Shown here piece after piece: positions 18,656 through 27,033 of a DNA stretch of 64,000 bases. The notes beneath the pieces are model-generated. The model ran no database searches. It worked only from the letters and a program-made list of their open reading frames with translations, and was not told the origin of the DNA. The stretch's first letter is position 1. Each line of letters starts with the position of its first letter. The DNA is from Spirochaetota bacterium (lineage in GTDB: Bacteria > Spirochaetota > UBA12135 > COTS27): assembly GCA_965249715.1 (NCBI GenBank), contig CBDFMP010000048.1:69713-133712 (forward strand), given 5' to 3'. Position numbers and translations under genes: made by a program.

Positions 18656-20072
18656 ATGAAAAGACTCCTACTCATTTCTTCCGTGCTTGTGGCAGGGTTG
18701 ACTTCATACGTGTTTGCTGCCGGCTATACTGCTGGTGTTAGCATTGATGCACGTGTTGGTGGTTACATAGTTGGTGGCGGCACTGCTTTTGAAACGTTTA
18801 CTGTAGAAACGACTACAGATTCTACAGGCGCAGTGGTTTACCAACAAGTTCCCGGTACTGGTCAGGCAATTGGCGATAACGCGCAGGAATATGACACCAC
18901 TAAAATTACATTTGATGCCAGCATTGACAATGTTTCTGCATCCGTCACATTTGCGGCTAACAGCGTAGATGGGGGGGCAACTAACTTCATCACACTTGAT
19001 TCTTTCAATGTAAAAGCCAGTGATCTATTTGGTATGTTGACACTTCAGTTTTATGACTGGGGTTATTCTGCAGGCAGCTCAGCCAATGAAGGCGATTACA
19101 TTCTATCAGACATTGGGTTTCCATGGTTTTTATGCCACTGTTAAGCCTATTGATATTCTCAGTATTGGTCTCGGTTTTGGTGTGAATACAGATAGCATTC
19201 GCGGTGTGCGGCTTGATTTCGGTATTGGCGGTCCCGTTCCTACGGATATTTATCTTGGTGTTGTTATTAATAGCATTGATAACGAAGATGATGCTGGTCA
19301 TGTTAAAGAAGGTACCATTGAGCGTCTGCAGGCAGGTTTCCAATCTAAGCTTTACGGCGATTATGTGAAACTAAGCTTCGGTATTACTCCACTTGGTACT
19401 GCTGTCAGTTACCTTGAGACTACCGCTACGGGTACAATAATTGTAAATACAGATGATGATGGCGTTGAGACATATACGAATGAAATACGCAGCTGCCGCT
19501 GATACAACTACGGAAATTAACTTTGTAGTTGATATTTCAGGCAGCGCTTCTTTCCTAGGCGGGCTTTTCAGCTTGGGTTATGGCGTGCAGTACGCAGCGC
19601 CTACTCTTACTAAAGCACTAGCTGCAGGTGGCGGCGGTCTTACTGGAGATGGTGTCGCAGTCGCTTATCCCACTGACTTCGGTTATCAGGCTATTTATAA
19701 CGGTGGTACTGACCTCTTGGAAGACATTGCTGTGAAACATTAATCCTGCTGTTACTGTTGGGCAATTCACTGTTTCACTGCCTATTAAGTTTGAGCTTTA
19801 CGGCACTACTTATGGCGGTTATCAGTTGCGTCAGGATCCAGTGTATATCATTGACATTGACGCCGACCATTAAGTGGTCGCCTGCTTCTGGCATTAGCGT
19901 CGTAGCGCTTATTGGTATTGACCTGATCAATACTTCTATAGGCGATCTCAATACTGATATTGGTGTTGGCTTTGTTGATCAAGGTCATACCAGCGGTGAA
20001 ACTGGTTTTGGTATTGATGATATTTTCGGACAGCTTCAAGTAGCTGCTTCATTCGGAGTATCTTCTGAGTAA
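18656..20072 (+). pseudogene. Secreted or surface protein gene of unknown family (~470 codons) interrupted by four successive +1 frameshifts
   Basis: Signal peptide MKRLLLISSVLVAGLTSYVFA. The reading frame moves from frame 2 (18656) to frame 0 (~19110), frame 1 (~19485), frame 2 (~19745) and frame 0 (~19865). The last two shifts are 1-nt length differences relative to the in-frame partial copy at 20192-20618. Confidence 0.7.
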
Positions 20073-20140
20073 GTTTTGTTATTTAGTTTTAGCGGGTTAG
20101 GCGATTAACAAAAAATCGTCCTGAGCTCGGTTAAAGCCTA

Positions 20141-20185
20141 AAGCCCACGCAGGATGCCAGTTGGTATTCTGCGTGGGCTTTTTTT
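20141..20185 (+). terminator. Rho-independent terminator, copy 1 of 4
   Basis: Stem gcccacgcag (20143-20152) / ctgcgtgggc (20169-20178), followed by T7 (20179-20185). Confidence 0.85.
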
Positions 20186-20191
20186 GTCGAT

Positions 20192-20618
20192 TGGAGAGGG
20201 TATCGCAGTTGCTTATCCCGATAACTTCGGTTATCAGGCTATTTATAACGGTGGTACTGACCTCTTGGAAGACATTGCTGTGAAAATTGTTCCCGCTGTT
20301 ACTGTTGGGCAATTCACTGTTTCACTGCCTATTAAGTTTGAGCTTTACGGCACTACTTATGGCGGTTATCAGTTGCGTCAGGATCCAGTGTATATCATTG
20401 ACGTTGAGCCGACTATTAAGTGGTCGCCTGCTGCTGGCATTACCGTCAAAGCGCTTATTGGTATTGACCTGATCAATACTTCTGTAGGCGATTTCAATAC
20501 TGATATTGGTATTGGCTTTGTTGATCAAGGTCATACCAGCGGTGAAACTGGTTTTGGTATTGATGATATTTTTGGACAGCTTCAAGTAGCTGCTTCATTC
20601 GGAATATCTTCTGAGTAA
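20192..20618 (+). pseudogene. Promoterless, frame-intact copy of the last ~140 codons of the 18656-20072 gene (3' cassette)
   Basis: Homology to 19644-20072 begins immediately after terminator copy 1. There are no frameshifts and many substitutions, and the stop is at 20616-20618. Confidence 0.8.
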
Positions 20619-20685
20619 GTTTTGTTATTTAGTTTTAGCGGGTTAGGCGATTAACAAAAAATCGTCTGAGCTCGGTTAAAGCCTA

Positions 20686-20730
20686 AAGCCCACGCAGGAT
20701 GCCAGTTGGTATTCTGCGTGGGCTTTTTTT
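20686..20730 (+). terminator. Rho-independent terminator, copy 2 of 4
   Basis: Same stem at 20688-20697 / 20714-20723, followed by T7 (20724-20730). Confidence 0.85.
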
Positions 20731-20906
20731 GTCGATGTTAGTGTAGGGGGCTATTTATAACGTGGTACTGACCTCTTGGGTCTGTGTGCCGATTGCTGTT
20801 ATGAGGTTTCGTTGGCGGCGCGCGGGGGGGCGTTGCATTGCGATGGGAGGACGTAGGCTTTCCGTGAGTGTCTTATTGTTTATCGTAGTGATGTTAGAAT
20901 TAGTAT

Positions 20907-21910
20907 ATGGGAAAGTGGAGTAAGCTGGTGCAGATTTTGGCATTCGGAATATTTTAAAGAGAATTACTGCTCGTGGCTTTGGTCAATAGTTATTATTTTA
21001 AGTATAGTTGGATGTGCATATTGGTTAGGCTTATGCTTTAATGAGAGTAAAGCTAATTAGTGTATTTAATTGCTACTATAATGATAGGAATATTTACGCC
21101 TGCTTTTACTATTTCTGAATACAGGAACATATAAATCAGAATTTCAGTTAAAAGAAGTTCATAGTGAGGATACTCGGTCTTAAGGACCGCTCATGCTGAT
21201 ATATCGGTCAGTTAAGAAAGGATCATGGTGAGGATAGTCGGTCAGTTAAAAGAAATTTATGACAGTAAGCTTAAGGCACAAAAAATAGCAATTTGATAAC
21301 AATAAAATTGTTTTTTTGGGTTCACGTATCTTATGGAAATTGCAGAAAAGTTAATTGAAGAAGTAACCAAGAGACAAGGAATATGAAAATTTGGATCTGA
21401 TGAAAGGATTTGTGTTTATAGGTATTTTTCCAAAGAAAGGGGGTTTAGGTGTATTGGACGTTATTCAAAAGTAGATCCAGAATTAAATAAATTTGTCGAG
21501 AATAAATTATTATCAGTGAAGGATTTATATCTAACGTATTTAAGAAAACCGATTGGGTAGAAGCAATAGCTTCCAAGTATTCCACATGATAATAGGATGC
21601 AGTATAGAGCGTTGGAAACGATACAGGGCGGATAGATCATATAAAAGAGGAGGATCAAGGCTTTTCCTTAAGAGGTATCAGAGCATATATTAAAGAGGAG
21701 CATGGACTTACGCCTGATGTTTATGAAAAATTTCGCATGAATGCTGAGCATATGATTGCTAAAAAATTACAGGATAAAACAGCTATAGGCGTTATTGTGT
21801 TTGAAAGCTGCCGCAAGGATTTTCTTTCATTGGAATGTATAAAAAAAGCTTGCACTAAGAATGATGAGCAGTTTATAATTAGGATGATATGTGATCATTT
21901 TCATGAATAA
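20907..21910 (+). pseudogene. Decayed copy of the 2-TM cassette gene (paralogue of 22745-23611)
   Basis: Upstream region and first ~23 nt are identical to those of 22745. A stop follows after 16 codons. Internal fragments are recognisable (CVYRYFSKERGFRCIGRYSK.., ~21410-21540) with in-frame stops. The C-terminal ~80 codons (21660-21910) are still alignable, including FRMNAEHMIAK. Confidence 0.75.
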
Positions 21911-21930
21911 GCATAATTAATGGATGAGGG

Positions 21931-22476
21931 ATGATGACAACAGCGACAATTGCAGAGAGCCAAACGATTCTTATGGACGTTATGGCTTATATTTGTAAAA
22001 GATATAGTAGCCCGGAAGAACTTTCCAAAGCAAGGCTGACGAAGCTAATTTATTTGGCGGATTGGAGGTCTGCTAAGACTAAGAGTGATAACAGTCAAAT
22101 CACGAATATTAAATGGTATTTTAATCATTACGGGCCTTATGTGGATGATGTGGTGGATGTGATCATTGATCACGAGGACACTTTTAAGCTTGACCCCGGT
22201 ACTAATATTTATGGTGGTGTCCGTGATCTTGTGAGGTTAAAAAAAGCGGATTACGAGTATGGGCAGCTGCAACGAGAGGAAGACAAAAAGCTCTTGGATG
22301 AAATTATTACTAGGAGTGCAGGGTTGAATTGGACTAGATTTATAGACTTAGTTTATTCATCTTACCCTATTACAGTTTCCGAACGCTATGCTCAGCTTGA
22401 TTTGCCAGCTTTAGCAAGAGAGTACAAAGAGCGCGAAAGCAAGCCGCATTTCGAGCTTATTGCTGATGACATTTAG
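21931..22476 (+). CDS. Panacea/DUF4065 (SocA/GepA-like) antitoxin-domain protein, copy 1
   Basis: 181 aa. Strings RLTKLIYLADW..WYFNHYGPYVDDV fit the DUF4065 pattern (KLxKLLY..W..GPV). About 65% identical by eye to 23671-24213. Confidence 0.7.
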   Translation: MMTTATIAESQTILMDVMAYICKRYSSPEELSKARLTKLIYLADWRSAKTKSDNSQITNIKWYFNHYGPYVDDVVDVIIDHEDTFKLDPGTNIYGGVRDLVRLKKADYEYGQLQREEDKKLLDEIITRSAGLNWTRFIDLVYSSYPITVSERYAQLDLPALAREYKERESKPHFELIADDI

Positions 22477-22541
22477 TCGCGTAGTTGTAATTTTTAAGGC
22501 TGGATGATTTAACTAATCGTCTGAAGCCCGATTAAAGCCTA

Positions 22542-22586
22542 AAGCCCACGCAGGATGCCAGTTGGTATTCTGCGTGGGCTTTTTTT
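22542..22586 (+). terminator. Rho-independent terminator, copy 3 of 4
   Basis: Stem at 22544-22553 / 22570-22579, followed by T7 (22580-22586). Confidence 0.85.
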
Positions 22587-22744
22587 GTCGATGTTAGTGT
22601 AGGGGTCGCGTGGGGGGGTCTGTGTGCCGATTGCTGTTATGAGGTTTCGTTGGCGGCGCGCGGGGGGGCGTTGCATTGCGATGGGAGGACGTAGGCTTTC
22701 CGTGAGTGTCTTATTGTTTATCGTAGTGATGTTAGAATTAGTAT

Positions 22745-23611
22745 ATGGGAAAGTGGAGTAAGCTGGAGCAGATTTGGGGATTCATAAAAGAAAACTACCG
22801 TTGGTGGGTTTTATATATATGTATATTGGGTGTTGTTAGCCTACTTGCAGATTCAAGTGAGCTAATGAGGTGTTTAAGACAACAAAAGTTAGGGTTAGTG
22901 GAGTGTTTTAGGCAACTAAATTTTGTATATTCTTTTACAACTCTCTTGGGACCGCTAGCTATATATGGTTTTGAGGAATGGAGAAAGTCTAAACTGAAAA
23001 AATCTTACAAGGAAAAATTTGAGAACCTGGAAATAACGTTTAAGGAGAATAGCTTAGACTTACATCTTACGTTAATTATAAAAAAATTAAATGCTCTAGC
23101 AGCAGCAAATAATCAGGCATTTGGAACCACTGAAAGACTTTGTATTTATAAACATTTTCCAAGAACTGAAAATGAAGGAGAATGTTTTAGGTGTGTCGGG
23201 CGTCGTTCAAGCAATAAAGAACTTGCCAAATTTACTAAGGATAATCTATATCCTATTGGGAATGGATTTATATCAAAAGTATATCGTGAGGGCAATGAGT
23301 GGTTGGTAGATAGGGATTTTCTGAGTATTTCGCCTGATGATAGGGATCGTATATTGCGAGGGGAGCATCCTGGTTCACTTGAGCAGTATCGAGCAGATAT
23401 TAAAAGGAGGCATGGGATTACAAGGGAGACTTCCAAAAGCTTTCGCATGAATGCTGAGCATATGATTGCTAAACAACTAAAGGATCATAACAATGAGGAG
23501 GTTATTGGAGTTATTTTATTTGAAAGTCAACGTAAGAATTTCCTTTCATTAGAGCTTATAAAAAAATCTTGCACAGAAACAGATGAGCAGCTTATAATTA
23601 ATATGATGTGA
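22745..23611 (+). CDS. 2-TM membrane protein with an unassigned ~160-aa C-terminal domain (GAF-like or HEPN-like strings); putative toxin/effector partner of the Panacea protein
   Basis: 288 aa. TM segments RWWVLYICILGVVSLLA and FVYSFTTLLGPLAIYGF, then a charged linker. C-terminal strings YPIGNGFISKV and EVIGVILFES, plus RMNAEH (an R-x4-H motif, nt 23444-23461). No SD; TAGAAT (22733-22738) lies 6 nt before the ATG. Confidence 0.6.
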   Translation: MGKWSKLEQIWGFIKENYRWWVLYICILGVVSLLADSSELMRCLRQQKLGLVECFRQLNFVYSFTTLLGPLAIYGFEEWRKSKLKKSYKEKFENLEITFKENSLDLHLTLIIKKLNALAAANNQAFGTTERLCIYKHFPRTENEGECFRCVGRRSSNKELAKFTKDNLYPIGNGFISKVYREGNEWLVDRDFLSISPDDRDRILRGEHPGSLEQYRADIKRRHGITRETSKSFRMNAEHMIAKQLKDHNNEEVIGVILFESQRKNFLSLELIKKSCTETDEQLIINMM

Positions 23612-23670
23612 ATGGTTTATGATACATAGGGCACTAAGTTTTGTATAGCTTCATACATGGATGACAGGAT

Positions 23671-24213
23671 ATGACAACGGCAGTAGCTGCAGAAAGCCAA
23701 ACAATACTTATGGATGTTATGGCTTATATTTGTAAAAAATATCCTTATGCGAGAGCTCTTTCTAAGGGAAGGCTGACGAAGCTGATTTACTTAGCAGATT
23801 GGAAGTCTGCTAAGGATAGAGGCAGGCAGATTACGGATATTGAATGGCACTATAATCATTATGGTCCTTATGTGGATGATGTGGTGGATGTGGTTATTAA
23901 ACACGATGACATTTTTGAGCTTGAAGCTGACACTAATATTTATGGTAGTATGAATGATCTTGTGAAGCTAAAAAAAGCAGATTATGGATATAAGAAGTTG
24001 CAGCAATTGGATGAGGATAAAAAGATCTTAAGTGAAATTATTGATAAGAGTGTAAAGTTAAATTGGACTGATTTTATTCAGTTAGTCTATTCATCATATC
24101 CTCTTAAGGTTTCTAAGCGTTATCAAGATCTTGACTTGCCGGTTTTAGCAAGAAAATACAAAAAGAGTAGACGCTGGTGGCTGAATTTTGAGCTTATTGC
24201 CGATGACATTTAG
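23671..24213 (+). CDS. Panacea/DUF4065 (SocA/GepA-like) antitoxin-domain protein, copy 2
   Basis: 180 aa. Strings RLTKLIYLADW..WHYNHYGPYVDDV. Lies 59 nt downstream of 22745-23611 and is followed by terminator copy 4. Confidence 0.7.
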   Translation: MTTAVAAESQTILMDVMAYICKKYPYARALSKGRLTKLIYLADWKSAKDRGRQITDIEWHYNHYGPYVDDVVDVVIKHDDIFELEADTNIYGSMNDLVKLKKADYGYKKLQQLDEDKKILSEIIDKSVKLNWTDFIQLVYSSYPLKVSKRYQDLDLPVLARKYKKSRRWWLNFELIADDI

Positions 24214-24271
24214 CAGCGTAGTTGTAATTTTTTAGGCTGGATGATTTAACTAGTCGTCTGAGTCTATTAGT

Positions 24272-24316
24272 AAGCCCACGCAGGATGCCAGTTGGTATTC
24301 TGTGTGGGCTTTTTTT
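24272..24316 (+). terminator. Rho-independent terminator, copy 4 of 4
   Basis: Stem at 24274-24283 / 24300-24309 (one G-U pair), followed by T7 (24310-24316). Could also serve the convergent kdsB. Confidence 0.8.
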
Positions 24317-24470
24317 GTCGATGTTAGTGTAAGGGGGAGCTCCGTGTGCGATTGCTGTTAGTGAGTTCGTGCGGAGCTGGCACGACGAGCTCAGGTGACG
24401 GAGAATGCTGTGAAGTATTAGCTAAATTAAGGGATAAGCCAGTTAGTCGTCAGTCCTTGACTGACGCGTC

Positions 24471-25271
24471 TCACTCAGTATGTGCGATGAGCGCTCGTAA
24501 ACGCGCTAAATCGGCGGCGTCGTTAATGTCCAGCGGGGGAGCAGCATTTGCATTGACTTCACAGGCAATGATGCTGTAGCCATGTTCTAAAATTCGTAAT
24601 TGTTCCAAGCGCTCGGCTTGTTCTAAGGGCGTGGGTTTGAGGCTGGGGTACTGTGTGAGAAAGGCGCTTTTGTAAGCGTAGATGCCAATGTGCTGCATGT
24701 AGCGATGAGAGGCTGCTGCTGTGGTGCTTGCGGGTAAGGCTGGAATGGGGGAGCGTGAGAAATAAAGTGCGCGGCCATCCGCGGCGGTGACAATTTTCAC
24801 GGCATTGGGATGTGCGGCGCGTTCGGGGGAGATGGCTTTCATCAATGTGAGGGCAGCCACATTGGCGGGAGCGGTTACGTTACTTTGCATGAGTGCAATG
24901 AGCGCTTTGACAGCGGCGCTGGGCACTAAGGGTTCATCGGCTTGCAGGTTCAGCACGTAATCGTAGTGTGTGTGCGGTTCTGCGGCACTGAGCCGCTTTA
25001 GCACCTCAGCGCTGCGTTCAGTGCCATTTGCGCACTGAGGCGATGTGTACATGACGCTGCCGCCGCAGTCCTCAATGGGAGCAGCAAGGCGTTTGTCATC
25101 AACGGCGACAATAAGGCGGGAAAAAAGACCTGCTTGTTTTAATGTGCGGGCGTTTTCGTAGCTATAAACAATGAGCGGTTTTTGTTTATGGACGGGCTGG
25201 AGGAGCTTTTGTGGGAGACGTGAGGAATGAAGGCGTGCCGGTATGACGGCAAGAATATTAGGCGTCACCAT
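24471..25271 (-). CDS. kdsB: 3-deoxy-manno-octulosonate cytidylyltransferase (CMP-KDO synthetase)
   Basis: 266 aa with motifs AVIPARLHSSRLPQKLL and NLQADEPL. Confidence 0.85.
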   Translation of the reverse strand: MVTPNILAVIPARLHSSRLPQKLLQPVHKQKPLIVYSYENARTLKQAGLFSRLIVAVDDKRLAAPIEDCGGSVMYTSPQCANGTERSAEVLKRLSAAEPHTHYDYVLNLQADEPLVPSAAVKALIALMQSNVTAPANVAALTLMKAISPERAAHPNAVKIVTAADGRALYFSRSPIPALPASTTAAASHRYMQHIGIYAYKSAFLTQYPSLKPTPLEQAERLEQLRILEHGYSIIACEVNANAAPPLDINDAADLARLRALIAHTE

Positions 25272-25369
25272 GCGAAATTTCTGAGCAGAAACAATGGATG
25301 ATTATACGAATGGGGTGAGCGGTGCGTGGCGGCAATGGTGACAATTGTGGTAATGGCAGCAATGGAACT

Positions 25370-26860
25370 TTAATGGGAGCGCAGGCTGAGTACCGCTTTA
25401 TTCTGTTTGATGTCAATAGCGGTAGGGTAGTCACCGGTGAAACACGCGGTGCAGAAGCGTTTTTGCGTGGGCGTGGCTTTGAGCATGGTGTCCAGCTTAA
25501 TGAACGCAAGCGAGTCGAGCCCCAAGTGTTCGCAGATCTCAGCGATGGTTTTATTGTTAGCGATGAGCGATGATTTATCAGGGAAGTCTATGCCGTAATA
25601 ACAACCATGTGTGATAGGTGGAGAAGTGACGCGCATATGGATTTCTTTGGCACCGCAGGCACGCAGCTGTATAATTTTAGCTTTGGTGGTGGTGCCGCGC
25701 ACAATGGAGTCGTCAATGATAATAATACGTTTGCCTTTGATGAGATGTTTGATGGGATTGAGTTTAAGCGAGACCATCTGTTTACGTACGGCTTTATTGG
25801 GTTGAATAAAGGAACGGCTGGTGTAGTGATTACGGGTGATGGCGAACTCCAAGGAAATACCGGAGGCTTCGGCATAACCAAGGGCGGCGATATTGCCGGA
25901 ATCGGGAATGGGAACAACAATGTCCGCTTCAGCGGGAGCTTCCTGTGCCAGCAGGCGACCTAGCTCTTTGCGAAAGGCGTAAACGGGTTCGTTAAAGACT
26001 ACCGAATCCGGGCGGGAAAAATAAATGAGCTCAAAAATACAGCGTGCTTCTTGAATTTTACGTGCGCGGATGCTTTCTGTACTGAAAATGGGTTCACGTG
26101 TGAACGCGCCGTCTTTGGCATTGACGTTGAGCGTGACCAGTTCGCCTGGGCGCACGCTACCCATACTTTCAGCATTCATAAAATCCAAGGCACAAGTTTC
26201 GGATGCCACTACCATTGCCTGTTGTGTGGGAGTGATGGGGATGCGTCCTAGACAAAGTGGTCGGAAGCCATGGGGATCACGGATTGCATAAAGTTGATCT
26301 TTACAGAGAATAAGCAGCGAGTAAGCGCCTTCTATGTGCTGGAGTGCATCAATAATGCTGTCTTTGAAAGAGCTAGCAGTGGATTGGGCGATGAGGTGGA
26401 CAAAAATTTCACTATCGTTGGTGGTTTGGAAGATGGCACCGCGTTGTTCCAATTTGTATTTGAGTTCGCGCGAGTTGCTGAGGTTGCCATTGTGTGCCAG
26501 CGCGAACGAGCCTTTGAGGTGCTCAACGACAAGCGGTTGGATATTACGCAGTTCGTTGCCGCCGGTGACGGAGTAACGCGTATGCCCAATGACTGGAGGG
26601 TGTGTGGTTTTCAGCCTGGCAGCGTTTTGAATTTCTGCAGGGCTGATTTTGTGACCAAGGAGATGACTGAAATTTTTCTGCACAAGCCCACTTGCAAGCG
26701 TGCTGTGGATGCGGCCTTCGTCCCACCAGGCGATGCCGCAGGCTTCTTCTCCGCGATGCTGCAAGGCAAACAGCCCTGTGGCAGTGAGCGCTGTGGCGTG
26801 AGGATGCTGAGTAATGCCAACAAGCCCGCAGGCTTCTTTTTTATCGCTGAAGACGCCCAT
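25370..26860 (-). CDS. purF: Amidophosphoribosyltransferase
   Basis: 496 aa. Ntn Cys after a short propeptide (..EACGLVGI), PRTase motif RIIIIDDSIVRGTT and C-terminal Cys residues of the 4Fe-4S-type PurF. Confidence 0.9.
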   Translation of the reverse strand: MGVFSDKKEACGLVGITQHPHATALTATGLFALQHRGEEACGIAWWDEGRIHSTLASGLVQKNFSHLLGHKISPAEIQNAARLKTTHPPVIGHTRYSVTGGNELRNIQPLVVEHLKGSFALAHNGNLSNSRELKYKLEQRGAIFQTTNDSEIFVHLIAQSTASSFKDSIIDALQHIEGAYSLLILCKDQLYAIRDPHGFRPLCLGRIPITPTQQAMVVASETCALDFMNAESMGSVRPGELVTLNVNAKDGAFTREPIFSTESIRARKIQEARCIFELIYFSRPDSVVFNEPVYAFRKELGRLLAQEAPAEADIVVPIPDSGNIAALGYAEASGISLEFAITRNHYTSRSFIQPNKAVRKQMVSLKLNPIKHLIKGKRIIIIDDSIVRGTTTKAKIIQLRACGAKEIHMRVTSPPITHGCYYGIDFPDKSSLIANNKTIAEICEHLGLDSLAFIKLDTMLKATPTQKRFCTACFTGDYPTAIDIKQNKAVLSLRSH

Positions 26861-27033
26861 GGGCAGTAAACAAGTGCACTTAGGCTCGGGCTGATGAAAC
26901 AGTGCCGGGAAGAGAGCTTAGTACTTAGGAATTATACTCTGAGCTGCCAAACAAATGACCATTTTTTAGTTAATTTTGCCTGCTGTTTGGATTTGCAATA
27001 AAACTTGCCGCGTACTGAGCACACGTTGATGAT

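Noticed and set aside
19644-20736. Diversity-generating retroelement (template/variable repeat pair)
   Set aside because: Differences between the two copies are not adenine-specific; they include transitions, transversions and indels at all bases. No reverse transcriptase gene is nearby.
20731-24316. Prophage remnant, IS element or integrative island
   Set aside because: I recognised no integrase, transposase, terminal inverted repeats or flanking tRNA. The duplication junctions are the terminator block itself, which favours local recombination.
24346-24579. 77-aa plus-strand ORF after terminator copy 4
   Set aside because: It starts with GTG inside the partial third copy of the cassette upstream region and runs antisense into the kdsB 3' end. 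There is no RBS and no motif.
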